A DNA stretch of 64,000 nt, from the NCBI GenBank assembly GCA_046350855.1, contig JAXLZM010000004.1, forward strand, positions 10,491-74,490, read 5' to 3'. This DNA comes from Candidatus Anderseniibacteriota bacterium (GTDB lineage Bacteria; Patescibacteriota; JAUYIX01). Made by a program: the position numbers and the translations under genes. Shown here piece after piece: positions 37,848 through 49,000 of this stretch; position 1 is the stretch's first letter; each line of letters opens with the position of its first letter. The notes below the pieces were generated by a model. It made no database searches and had not been told where the DNA came from. It saw only the letters and a program-made list of their open reading frames with translations.

Positions 37848-38321
37848 TTACTTTTGTAGGGCTGCCAGATCGGCCAGGACCTCGGCCGGATGTTCTACCG
37901 GCTTAACTTTGGGGTAGAATTTAGCGATTGTACCGGCTGGATCGATCAAAAATGACATGCGGCGGATACCCATATACTCGCGGCCCATAAACTTTTTGAG
38001 ACCCCAGACACCATAGGCTTTGATAGTAGTTTTGTCGGGATCAGAGAGGAGTGTAAACGGCAGCCCAAACTTTTTGGCGAACTTGGCGTGGCTCTCGACC
38101 GAGTCGGCGCTCACACCTAGAACGACCAATTTACTTTTTTTAAAACGCGGCAAACTATCCCTAAAACCACAGGCCTCTTTAGTGCAGCCCGGAGTATCGT
38201 CCTTGGGATAAAAGTAGAGTAGGACCCACTTGCCTTTGTAGGTTTTGAGGGTATGCGTTTTTTTGCTTTGGTCCTGGAGACTAAAATCGATCGCTCTTGC
38301 TCCAACGGCTAATTTTGGCAT
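37848..38321 (-). CDS. bcp: Thioredoxin-dependent peroxiredoxin Bcp
   Basis: YFYPKDDTPGCTKEACGFRD. Confidence 0.95.
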   Translation of the reverse strand: MPKLAVGARAIDFSLQDQSKKTHTLKTYKGKWVLLYFYPKDDTPGCTKEACGFRDSLPRFKKSKLVVLGVSADSVESHAKFAKKFGLPFTLLSDPDKTTIKAYGVWGLKKFMGREYMGIRRMSFLIDPAGTIAKFYPKVKPVEHPAEVLADLAALQK

Positions 38322-38341
38322 AGACCTAGTGTAGCAAAGCG

Positions 38342-39076
38342 CTAAGCCGGCTGCTTTTGTGTGAGATAGCGTTTACGAGTGGCCGCTGGAAACTTTTCTA
38401 TGGCGTAGCGCAACATGGTACGCGGCATATGGGCAGCGTGTGCCCGCAAAAAGCGCTCTTCGATGGCGCGCTCACGCTCCCCCACCTCGCGCAGCATCCA
38501 GCCCACCGCTTTGTGAATGAGATCGTGCCGGTCTGTAAGCAGTACGGTTGCGATGGACAGGGTGTCAGCAAACTCTCCTGCTCGGATAAAGGCTTGGGTC
38601 GCCAAGATGCTAATGCGCCGATCCCAAAGCACTCTAGAGCGAGCTAGCCTACGTAAGACCGCAAGACGCTGACTGTGAGAGGCGGTGGCGAGCAGATGCC
38701 GGCCCACGATGTGCGGGGCACTCGAGTCGATGATGTCCCAACTATTGATACAGCGCGTGTTGGCTAAGTAGGTCTCGTAGATTTTTTGGCGTTGCCCAGC
38801 GGTACCACGCTTGTAGAGCTCATTGAGGATGAGTACAGCGGCCAAACGATCCTCGTGGACCCGACTGCGTAGCAGCGTACGTGTCTGCACAAGCGGTAGC
38901 TCGCGGAACCGCTTAACCACGGCGCGTATGTGCGGGACGGCCGCCCCGATAAAGACGTCCCCCTCGCCATACTCGCCCGTACCGGTCTTAAAAAAGCCGG
39001 CCATGACGTGGGCTCGTTTGCTGTTGCGGAACCGTCGTAAGCTCCGCTGCACCTCCGTTGCTTTGAGTGTGGCCAT
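38342..39076 (-). CDS. AlkD-family DNA alkylation repair protein
   Basis: FFKTGTGEYGEGDVFIG, NSWDIID, DLIHKAVGWMLRE, MPRTMLRYAIEK. Start at MATLK. Confidence 0.92.
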   Translation of the reverse strand: MATLKATEVQRSLRRFRNSKRAHVMAGFFKTGTGEYGEGDVFIGAAVPHIRAVVKRFRELPLVQTRTLLRSRVHEDRLAAVLILNELYKRGTAGQRQKIYETYLANTRCINSWDIIDSSAPHIVGRHLLATASHSQRLAVLRRLARSRVLWDRRISILATQAFIRAGEFADTLSIATVLLTDRHDLIHKAVGWMLREVGERERAIEERFLRAHAAHMPRTMLRYAIEKFPAATRKRYLTQKQPA

Positions 39077-39077
39077 T

Positions 39078-39857
39078 TTAGTCTCTAAAACGGTACTTAA
39101 AAATCGTCCAAAGTGCTTTGACACCGTCGCGCCAACCAATCTTTTTACCTTCGGCGTAGTCGCGGCCATCGTAGGAGATGGGCACTTCGTAGACGCGACA
39201 GTGTTTTTTGGCGACCTTGGCGGTAATTTCTGGTTCAAAATCAAAACGATCTGATTTAATCGTGATGCCCCGTAAAATCTCACTCCTAAAAACTTTGTAG
39301 CAAACCTCCATGTCGGTCAGGTTGAGGTTGGTCATCATGTTGGAGAGAGTCGTGAGCATTTTGTTAGCCACCATGTGCCAAAAGAGGTGCACACGACGCG
39401 CCCCGCCACCCCCAAAGCGGGTGCCAAAAACGACATCGGCCTTACCCTCTAAAATTGGTGCCAACAAATGTGCATACTCGCGTGGATCGTACTCGAGATC
39501 CGCGTCCTGGATAATTGCAAAGTCGCCCGTGATGTGTTGGATCGCGGTCCGCACCGCAGCACCCTTACCTTGATTGCGTTGATGCATGACCACCTTGACC
39601 TCAGGATAGCGCCCCTCGATCTTACTCGTCAGAATCTCCCGGGTGCCGTCCCGCGACCCGTCATCCACCAAAATAATTTCTTTTTGATAGGGCGTGGCTC
39701 GCACCCGGCGCACGATTTCTTCGATGGTCTTTGCCTCATTGTAGACCGGCACCAGCACGGACAAAACAAAATCCGTCGAGACGGGCTGTGGCGCCAGGCT
39801 CGTTAGTGTTGGGAGCGTGTTGGGTCTTGCGGTAGGTACGGTAGTCGTGGTGTTCAT
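39078..39857 (-). CDS. GT2 glycosyltransferase (polyprenol-phosphate glycosyltransferase type)
   Basis: [54 protein letters not shown]. Confidence 0.93.
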   Translation of the reverse strand: MNTTTTVPTARPNTLPTLTSLAPQPVSTDFVLSVLVPVYNEAKTIEEIVRRVRATPYQKEIILVDDGSRDGTREILTSKIEGRYPEVKVVMHQRNQGKGAAVRTAIQHITGDFAIIQDADLEYDPREYAHLLAPILEGKADVVFGTRFGGGGARRVHLFWHMVANKMLTTLSNMMTNLNLTDMEVCYKVFRSEILRGITIKSDRFDFEPEITAKVAKKHCRVYEVPISYDGRDYAEGKKIGWRDGVKALWTIFKYRFRD

Positions 39858-41332
39858 ACGGTTGAACCTGATCGTGGGGAGTATACCGGTTTTGTTTGGG
39901 TAAGCAACACGATTAAGCACGTCACCGTCAGATACAAAGTGGGTACCAGGTGCAGCATAAGTCGATCGAGCGAAGTCGTAATATGCCAGGTCAAATCGTG
40001 CGGACTGGTCACGTACACCACACCATAGGTCGCGAGTTGCGCTCCGAGGAGCCCCAGTGGGGCGAGCCACACTAGTGGCCGGCGCTGAGTGCGCCACCAC
40101 GCCACGACCACTGGTACAAGCAAGGTCATCGGCAAAATCGCCCACCCCCAGTGGTCCACCCGTGGCCACTCACTCAAAAACCAGTGCGTCACCTCGATCA
40201 CCTGGTTCAGATAAAATTGCACGGTCCGATTGAGCCCGGGCAAGAGCAAATCAACCCGGTAGCCCTGCCTCACTTTGATCCCATGCCATAGTACGACCGG
40301 CAGAACCAACGTTGCCAGGACCGGTAGCGCAGCGGTCGCCCACCAGATCAATGGCGTCGAGCGCTCGTGGGTCTCGACTGATACCACACGCCGCCGCGTC
40401 AACCAAACTGCCGAGAGTCCCACCACCAGATAGAGCAAGGCAAAGGCACTCCCCTCATTTTTGATCGAAAGTGCGGCCAGGGCCGGCGAGAGTCCCAACA
40501 AAAACCAAAGCCAAGGCGTTTGGCGGTTGGTGATGCGACTAGTTGCAAGACCCAGCAGCGCAACCGTCGCGGCCAAAAACAGACTAGCAAGGGGCACGTC
40601 TGCTAAGCCAAGGCCCGCAAAGAGCATGGGGTCCCCGGCCAGTAAAATCAAAAAGAGTGCTGCTCCGAGTCCAAAGATCGCAAAGCGTAAGCGTCGCTCG
40701 GGGTTCAAGACACGCTCCAGTGCACCACCGGTCAAGACAAGCAAGAGCCAAAAAAAGGTCACGTACGTAAGGGCGACGGGTTGCTCGCTCACCCCACCAA
40801 ACCATTGGTAGTGCGCCGCCACCAAGGCCGGGAACCCCAATGGATAATCTTTGTGGGCCGAGCTAAACAGGTCGCTCTCATAGAGTGTGTTAGGGACGTG
40901 CTGTTGGACATAGATGGCCTTAGCCTTGAGAACCCAAATCATTTTGGCGTCCCAGGAGGTCAAGGGGTAGAGCACTGCGTTAACCGCGATGGGTGCGACC
41001 AAAATGAGCGAGAGGAGGAGTAACCCAAGTTGTGAGCGGTTGGGTACGAGCAGGCGGACGAGGGTCCAGCGCCCGCGCGCCAACGCAAGCAAAAGGCTTA
41101 CCAATCCGACCACCCCAAAGCCCCAGGCTACGACTGGACTGGCAGAAAAATGAGCGTTGAGAAGCAGTGCCGTAACAAACGCCGCGTACACCCCCAGCCC
41201 CACTACCAGAGAAAACCCAATCGTAAGCAGGAGATTGAGCCGCAAACGCAGCACAAACCAAATTACGATCCCCAGGCCACCGAGACCCAGCAGCACCAAG
41301 AGTAAGGCTGTCTTAAGCAAGAGAATCGTCAT
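39854..41332 (-). CDS. Polytopic GT-C-type (ArnT/PMT-like) glycosyltransferase
   Basis: About 12-13 TMs; first loop SWDAKMIW...HKDYP; ADVP; IKNEG; coupled to the GT2 gene (ATGA overlap). Confidence 0.7.
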   Translation of the reverse strand: MTILLLKTALLLVLLGLGGLGIVIWFVLRLRLNLLLTIGFSLVVGLGVYAAFVTALLLNAHFSASPVVAWGFGVVGLVSLLLALARGRWTLVRLLVPNRSQLGLLLLSLILVAPIAVNAVLYPLTSWDAKMIWVLKAKAIYVQQHVPNTLYESDLFSSAHKDYPLGFPALVAAHYQWFGGVSEQPVALTYVTFFWLLLVLTGGALERVLNPERRLRFAIFGLGAALFLILLAGDPMLFAGLGLADVPLASLFLAATVALLGLATSRITNRQTPWLWFLLGLSPALAALSIKNEGSAFALLYLVVGLSAVWLTRRRVVSVETHERSTPLIWWATAALPVLATLVLPVVLWHGIKVRQGYRVDLLLPGLNRTVQFYLNQVIEVTHWFLSEWPRVDHWGWAILPMTLLVPVVVAWWRTQRRPLVWLAPLGLLGAQLATYGVVYVTSPHDLTWHITTSLDRLMLHLVPTLYLTVTCLIVLLTQTKPVYSPRSGSTV

Positions 41333-41802
41333 TGCCGTACGTAGATAAAACAGCCCTCACCGATCGTTTTTGTATACTGCCGAGACGGCAGCGTTAATTC
41401 GGTCTCGGAGATAAAGGCTGTGCCCGGTTGGGCCTGAGTAAGTTCGGCCTGCAACTCGGTTGAACCCACCGCCACTTTTTTTGGCAGAACCGGATAGAGC
41501 TCGTAGTAGACCTCAAGGTCAAAACGCGAGGGTGGATCAACCTGCTCCCCTACGAGGACGATCGTGTCCGCCTGCTGTGCGACTTTTGTATGTTGGCGCA
41601 AAAAGCGTCGGACGGTGTAGTAAGGATCGTTTTGGTTAAAGATTTGTTCGGCCGAGTACTGACCGGTTTTAGAGAGCGTGGTCGGATAGGCGGTGCGCTG
41701 TACCCAATACAAAAAGAGCAGGCCATTGACCGTGGCAATCACGGCTAGGATCGTGATCGCTAGCTGTACTACTGGCTGTTTTGTCGCGTGTACCGAGGTC
41801 AT
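41329..41802 (-). CDS. Membrane-anchored hypothetical protein
   Basis: N-terminal TM, YYELYP motif; ATGA overlap with the GT-C gene. Confidence 0.65.
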   Translation of the reverse strand: MTSVHATKQPVVQLAITILAVIATVNGLLFLYWVQRTAYPTTLSKTGQYSAEQIFNQNDPYYTVRRFLRQHTKVAQQADTIVLVGEQVDPPSRFDLEVYYELYPVLPKKVAVGSTELQAELTQAQPGTAFISETELTLPSRQYTKTIGEGCFIYVRQ

Positions 41803-41841
41803 GCGTGACGAGCTTAGCGCAGATCAAGTAACGGTCAACCC

Positions 41842-41869
41842 AAAAAGGCGCCCGCATTCGCGGGCGCCT
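41842..41869 (-). terminator. Intrinsic terminator
   Basis: AGGCGCCCGC-attc-GCGGGCGCCT with TTTT on the minus strand. Confidence 0.8.
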
Positions 41870-41899
41870 CCAGAACAAACGCTCTTCTTAGACGAGACG

Positions 41900-42469
41900 T
41901 TACTGAGTCGCGTTGTTAGTGGCGTTGCTGGTGTTATTGGTCTCGTTGGTGGCGTTTGACGTGTTAGCCGGTGTGGTATTAGCGGCGTTACCCGTGCTGT
42001 TTGTCGCGTTCTTGGTGTCAGGGTTCAAGACGACGGGTGCCACGTTGATGATGCGGTTCTCCGAGGTACGGAAGATAATGGCCTCTGTGCTGTAGAGCAA
42101 CAAGGTGTCACCGTTACGAGCATTTTTGTAGAACGACTCGTTAGCCGCACGTAGCTTGTCGACATCCGTAATCGTAGCGACGGTTGGCTTATCCTCAGGC
42201 ACCAAGATCAACTTAGAAACACTATTGATCACGTTTTGGCTAGCTTCCTCAGCCAATTTAGTCTGGGCCTCAGGCTTCTTGAGGGACATGTTTTGCCAGT
42301 ACATATAGGCAAGTCCACCAGCGAGAGCGAGAACGAGGACCCAAAGAATAATGGTCATCGCGCCAAAGCGGCGACGAGAAGTTTTTTTTGCGGGAATTGG
42401 ATCTGGCACGGGGGTGAGAGGTGAATAATTAGTCCCCGTATCATAACGAGAGGGACCCTGGTACGTCAA
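41900..42469 (-). CDS. Bitopic membrane protein with PTVATITD domain and Asn/Thr-rich tail
   Basis: TM; PTVATITDVDKL...FYKNARNGD.LL.Y...AIIFR...IINVAP; low-complexity tail. Confidence 0.75.
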   Translation of the reverse strand: MTYQGPSRYDTGTNYSPLTPVPDPIPAKKTSRRRFGAMTIILWVLVLALAGGLAYMYWQNMSLKKPEAQTKLAEEASQNVINSVSKLILVPEDKPTVATITDVDKLRAANESFYKNARNGDTLLLYSTEAIIFRTSENRIINVAPVVLNPDTKNATNSTGNAANTTPANTSNATNETNNTSNATNNATQ

Positions 42470-42531
42470 CCAAACAGGTGCACAGAGCCATCAGAGTGGC
42501 AAGAATACATCGCAGCCGCTAGGATAAACAC

Positions 42532-43008
42532 ATGCGTAAAGCCTGGATTGTTCCGCTCCTGCTTATCATTGGACTGGTAGCCACCGTCGGCTGGATCATA
42601 CGCGCGCCGCGTCAGCAGTCATTTTTGCCGGCAGAACTGGCGGGTAAAATTACTTTTACGGTCTACGCCCCAAAAACAATGCCGACGGGGTTCAGCCTCA
42701 AAACGGACTCACTACGGTATCAGGAGGGTGTGCTGCTGTTGGATATTACGTCCCCCATCGCAGATGAACCCCTGGTCGTAAGCGAGCAAGCTCGACCGCA
42801 GGATTTTAAATTTGAAGATTTCTATAAAGATTTTTTTGGCAGCACTAAGACCACTAATGAATTGGGTGAGCTCGTAGTCGGGACTGTGCGCAATCAGACG
42901 ATCGCTAGTTTGCTAACGGACACAACGTGGGTCTTGATTACCGGTTCAAAAAACATCGAGTTTGCGACCGTCAGTGAACTGGCCAAATCTCTCGCACCGG
43001 TTAACTAA
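42532..43008 (+). CDS. Membrane-anchored/exported hypothetical protein
   Basis: Signal/TM then FTVYAPKTMPTGF; TGGCAA-N17-TAGGAT promoter ending 6 nt before ATG. Confidence 0.7.
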   Translation: MRKAWIVPLLLIIGLVATVGWIIRAPRQQSFLPAELAGKITFTVYAPKTMPTGFSLKTDSLRYQEGVLLLDITSPIADEPLVVSEQARPQDFKFEDFYKDFFGSTKTTNELGELVVGTVRNQTIASLLTDTTWVLITGSKNIEFATVSELAKSLAPVN

Positions 43009-43024
43009 ACCGAGGTTCGTTGGG

Positions 43025-46000
43025 TTATTTCTTGCTGACCGTACAAAACGAGCCACGTTTTACTGTAACGGCTGAGGTTGCAACCTCGCTACGATAGCGG
43101 ACGGCGAGGGTACCGTTGGCAGATGGAATAATCGAGCCGGTAAGATGCACACCTAAGCGAGTAGCACCGCCACCTGTGGCAGGGTTGGTATTAGTATCGT
43201 AAGCCGTCTGGGCGGCATTATGCACAGCGGTTGCCGTCGTATCAGTCAATACTTCGTAATCAAGAGCGGTTGTCGTCGGACCGTTGAGGGAGAGTTGCAA
43301 TGCAGTAGTAGAAACAGCGGTCGTATAAGTCATGTCACATGAAAACACATAGGTGAACCCGCTCGTCACGGCTGTGGTCAAGCCTGTCACATCGGCAAAC
43401 GTAGTCGTACTTTGCGATACATCAGATGACACGTATAAGACCGTGGTCAGACAATCACCCCAAGCACCGTTTTCGTAGCAGCGCATCTTGTTAGCGTTAG
43501 AGTTATAGTACATCGCCCCGTTGGTACCAGTTGGATCACCGGAGCCTGTTTTGGTATCCAAGACAACAAGCGTACCAGTGGTATCGGAGGTACCGACGGT
43601 GACGTTACCGGAGCCGTTTGGAGAAAAGTTGAGGTCTTCGTTAGAGATGGTGGTGATGTCGTTGGTAACGCTGGAGAAGGTCAATTGACCGGTGGAGGAA
43701 ACATCAAAGTTGGTAAAGTCAATTACCGCGGTAGAACCAGAGATCGTGTTGCCACCCAAATCAAGGGCGTTAGTGATGTTAGTAGCGGAGGCATCGATGG
43801 CAGTGGTCATACTCGTACTGCTTGCTGCAACAAAGCGAAGTCCCGTTTTGTCGGTACTCGATTGGTTATCCAGTTGGAACAAAAAGTTTGAGTCCGTTCC
43901 TGAGGCGGAGGGGTTTTGGATGGCGATTGAGTCGTCCGCCGTGGTGAGTGGGATGGTGACGTTACTGCCGTCCACGTCGTTATCGTAGGCACTCGGGAGC
44001 GTGAGTGTACCGGCACTCGTGTCACAGTCTTTCCAGGCGCCGTTTTCAAAGCAGCGGAACTTAGCCCGTGCACCGCTATAGTAGACTGCCCCGTCAAAGC
44101 CGGTTGGATCGGTCACACCACCTCCAACACTTTTAACATCTACTCCCAACAAGTCTGGCGTTGTGGAACCGCTACCACCCGCACCGATCTGGACGTTGGC
44201 CGTGGTACCCGAGCCCGCGGGCTGGAAGCTCACGTTACCGCTCGAGGTGTTGAGGTTGAGGCCTGAGTTACCGTTGACCGTCAGTGCCCCTGCAGCGGTC
44301 GACCAGGTCGCGGCCGCGGCTGAGGTAAGCGTCAAGGCACCACTCGAGGTAGACCAGGTCGAGGCCGCTCCAGCCGTAAAGGTCAAAGCCCCGCTCGAGG
44401 TAAATTGCGAAGCCGCGGTGGGGGTCAGGTTGACGCTACCCGCACCCGAGGCGTTAAAGTTGCCTGAGGTCAATGTAAAGGCGATGTTGGTCGAACCAGC
44501 GGTCGTGATGGTAGCACCTCCGTTATACGCACCTTGCAAGGTAGTCACACCAACATCCGCACCACAGGCCCAGACGTCGGATGTTTCATTCCATTTAAGA
44601 ATTTCTGTATCAGCACAACCCTGGAGGAGCGCAACACCCGAGGCAAGAATCTCCATGCCGGAACCAGACGAAGTGGTTGAGGATAAGCCGTTGGCAGAGG
44701 GTGCGACGGTCAGGGCGATATCTCCGGCGTTGACCACGATGCCGCCGTTGGCCGAGACCACATCGATGGTTGGGGTGGAGCCTTCGCCCGAGGCATTGCC
44801 GGTCAAACCCGCACCCGCGGTAAAGCTGGCAACATAGTTGCCAGTGGTATCGGTTGTAAGTGCAACGGAGTCTGCACCCACCGTAAGACCACCGCTGAAT
44901 GAGCCCGTGATATCCCCCGCTGCAGGTGATTCACCCACGTTGACATACACTGAGTCGAGCGTACTGGTGTAGTTGGCGTCGGTGAGCACTGTACCGGTGC
45001 TACCACTGAGGGTATAGGTAGCGTTAGCCGACAAGTCACCGACGTCTACGGTACCAAAGAAGGTCGCACCAGCCGATTCAAGAATTTTGAGCTCGGAGGA
45101 AGCGTTGTTGAGACTGATATCAAAGGCACCGGTTTGGTTCCAGTCCGCCGTCAGAGGACCGAGCGCGATGTCATCCGCATTGACGGTGATTCCACTTCCT
45201 GCACCCACAGCCACGGTCGGGGTTGAGCCTTCGCTACTGACGGTACCAGTCAATCCTCCACCGGCAGTGAGTGTTGCGACATAGTTACCCGTGGTATCTG
45301 TGGTGAGCGCAACTGAGTCGGCGCCAACGGTCAGGCCACCAGAAAAACTACCGGTTATATCAGCTGCCGCTGGTGACTCACCCACGTTAACGTACACCGA
45401 GTCTAATGTGCCGGTGTAGTTGGCATCGGTCAGGACTGTGCCTGTGCTGCCACTGAATGTGTACGTGGCGTTAGCCGCCAAGTCGCCGACATCCAGTGTG
45501 CCAAAGAAGGTGGCGCCTGCGGATTCCAGAATCTTGAGCTCGGAGGAGGCATTGTTGAGGGAGATATCAAAGGCCCCGGTCTGGTTCCAGTCCGCCGTCA
45601 GAGGACCGAGCGCGATGTCGTTAGCGTTGACGGTGATGCCGCTGTTAGCGCCAATGTCGAGGGCGCTACCGTTGGCCGCCAAACCCGCACCGGCCAAGGT
45701 CGACTCGGAGATATCAAAGGTGGCGGTTTCTGGGTTATCGGCGCCGGTAATGGTTAAGTTCGTCCCCGTGACCAGCAATTGTAGGGTGTCGGTGGCCGTG
45801 TCCGCGACCGGATCGGTTCCTGAGGGAGTATCGATCGTGGCAAAGCTATTTGTGCTAGTGCCAGCAGTTCCACAGGCCCAGACGTCACTCGCCTCATTCC
45901 ACTTGAGCACCTCGGTGTCGGCGCACCCCTGGAGAAGCGCCACGCCTGAGGCAAGAATTTCCATCCCTGAGCCCGAGGAGGTCGTGGAGGACAAGCCGTT

Positions 46001-49000
46001 GGCCGACGGGGCGACGGTTAGAGCAATGTCACCGGCGTTGACCACGATGCCGCCGTTGGCCGAGACCACATCGATCGTTGGGGTGGAGCCTTCGCCCGAG
46101 GCGTTACCCGTAAGACCCGCTCCGGCCGTAAAGCTCGCGACATAGCTACCGGTTGTGTCCGTTGTGAGCGCGACGGAGTCGGCCCCGACGGTAAGACCAC
46201 CCGAAAAGCTCCCAGTTATGTCAGCTGCAGCCGGTGACTCGCCAACGTTGACGTAGACCGAGTCCAGGGTCCCCGTGTAGTTAGCGTCGGTTAAGATCGT
46301 GCCAGTTGAACCACTGAGCGTGTAGGTAGCGTTGGCTGCGAGATCGCCAACATCTAACGTCCCAAAGAAGGTCGCTCCAGCTGACTCTAAGATCTTAAGC
46401 TCGGACGACGCGTTGTTAAGAGAAATATCGAATGCACCCGTTTGGTTCCAGTCCGCGGTGAGCGGACCAAGTGCGATGTCGTCGGCATTAACGGTTATAC
46501 CGCTCCCAGCACCCACGGCAACCGTAGGAGTGGAACCCTCACTACTGACTGTGCCCGTGAGCCCGCCACCTGCGGTAAGGGTGGCGACGTAGTTACCCGT
46601 GGTATCCGTTGTGAGCGCTACAGCATCTGCGCCGACGTTCAGCCCGCCGGAGAACGAGCCCGTAATATCACCCGCAGCTGGAGACTCTCCGACATTTACG
46701 TAGACCGAGTCTAATGTGCCCGTGTAGTTAGCGTCGGTTAAGATCGTGCCAGTTGAGCCGCTCAATGTATATGTCGCGTTTGCAGAAAGATCACCCACGT
46801 CTAACGTCCCAAAGAACGTAGCCCCTGCAGACTCCAAAATCTTGAGTTCAGAGCTGGCATTGTTGAGAGAAATATCAAACGCACCGGTTTGATTCCAGTC
46901 TGCCGTCAAAGGACCCAGTGCGATGTCGTCAGCATTGACCGTGATGCCGCTACCAGCTCCGACCGCCACGGTTGGTGTGGAGCCCTCACTGCTCACGGTC
47001 CCAGTTAAACCTCCGCCTGCGGTAAGGGTGGCGACGTAATTGCCAGTTGTGTCCGTTGTAAGAGCCACAGCGTCGGCACCAACATTCAAACCACCCGAGA
47101 AGCTTCCCGTAATATCTCCGGCCGCAGGTGATTCACCCACGTTGACGTAGACCGCATCAAGCGTGCCAGTATAGTTAGCGTCCGTCAGGATAGTGCCGGT
47201 AGAACCGCTGAGCGTGTAGGTGGCGTTGGCTGCGAGGTCACCGACATCAAGGGTGCCAAAGAAAGTGGCTCCGGCTGACTCCAGAATCTTGAGTTCGGAA
47301 CTGGCATTGTTGAGAGAAATATCGAAAGCACCGGTTTGGTTCCAGTCAGCCGTTAAAGGACCAAGTGCGATGTCATTGGCGTTGACGGTGATGCCACTGC
47401 CGGCTCCAATGTCCAAAGCGCTTCCGTTAGCAGCAAGGCCGGCGCCCGCTAGCGTGCTCTCTGAGATATCAAACGTAATCGTCTCTGGGTTGTCCGCACC
47501 GGTGATCGTCAGATTGGTGCCAGTCGCCAAGAGTTGCACGGTGTCGGTCGCGCTGTCAGCAACCGGATCGGTACCAGCTGGGGTATCGATCGTGGCAAAA
47601 CTGTTGGTACCGGTGCTGCTATCTGCGCTACAGGCCCACACGTCGGAAGCCTCATTCCATTTGAGGATCTCTGTGTCTGCACAACCTTGCAAGAGAGCCA
47701 CACCGGAGGCCAGGATTTCCATGCCAGAGCCAGAGGATGTGGTTGAAGAAAGGCCGTTTGCAGACGGAGCAACGGTCAGTGCGATATCGCCCGCATTAAC
47801 GACGATACCCCCATTTGCAGACACAACATCGATGGTTGGGGTCGAGCCCTCACCGCTGGCGTTACCAGTTAGTCCAGCTCCTGCTGTAAAACTCGCGACA
47901 TAGCTACCGGTTGTATCCGTCGTTAGCGCAACCGCGTCTGCCCCAACGTTGAGCCCACCCGAGAAGCTTCCCGTAATATCACCGGCTGCCGGCGACTCAC
48001 CTACGTTGACGTAGACCGAGTCCAGAGTGCCGGTATAGTTGGCGTCCGTCAGGATCGTTCCGGTAGAACCACTGAGGGTATACGTTGCATTTGCAGCGAG
48101 ATCGCCTACGTCCAGCGTGCCAAAGAATGTCGCTCCTGCCGACTCTAAAATTTTGAGCTCGGAGCTTGCATTATTGAGTGAAATATCAAAAGCACCCGTC
48201 TGGTTCCAGTCAGCCGTCAGGGGTCCAAGTGCAATGTCATCGGCATTGACGGTGATGCCACTGCCGGCACCCACAGCCACGGTCGGGGTTGAGCCCTCGC
48301 TGCTAACCGTGCCGGTCAAGCCGCCACCGGCGGTCAATGTTGCCACGTAGTTACCGGTGGTGTCGGTCGTAAGAGCAACGGCATCCGCGCCGACGTTCAG
48401 CCCGCCGGAGAAAGAACCAGTGATGTCCCCTGCAGCCGGCGACTCACCTACGTTGACATACACTGCATCGAGGGTACCCGTGTAGTTTGCATCGGTAAGA
48501 ACCGTACCGGAACTACCACTGAGGGTGTAGGTGGCATTGGCCGCTAAGTCACCCACATCGAGTGTGCCAAAGAACGTTGCTCCAGCAGATTCCAGGATTT
48601 TAAGCTCGGATGATGCATTGTTGAGACTAATGTCAAAAGCACCCGTTTGGTTCCAATCTGCCGTCAGAGGGCCTAGTGCAATATCGTTAGCGTTAACCGT
48701 GATACCGCTGCCGGCGCCAATGTCGAGGGCGCTACCGTTAGCAGCAAGGCCTGCGCCCGCTAAGGTTGACTCTGAAATATCAAACGTGATCGTCTCGGGA
48801 TTATCAGCGCCCGTTATCGTCAGGTTGGTGCCGGTCGCCAAGAGCTGTAGTGTATCGCTCGCACTATCCGCAACCGGATCGGTACCCGCCGGTGTATCGA
48901 TCGTGGCAAAGCTGTTAGTGCCCGTGCTGCTATCGGCACTACACGCCCAAACATCTGAGGCTTCGTTCCACTTGAGTATCTCGGTGTCAGCACAGCCTTG

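Noticed and set aside
39854-41332. GT-C protein as an oligosaccharyltransferase (PglB/AglB/STT3)
   Set aside because: No WWDYG motif and no large C-terminal soluble domain.
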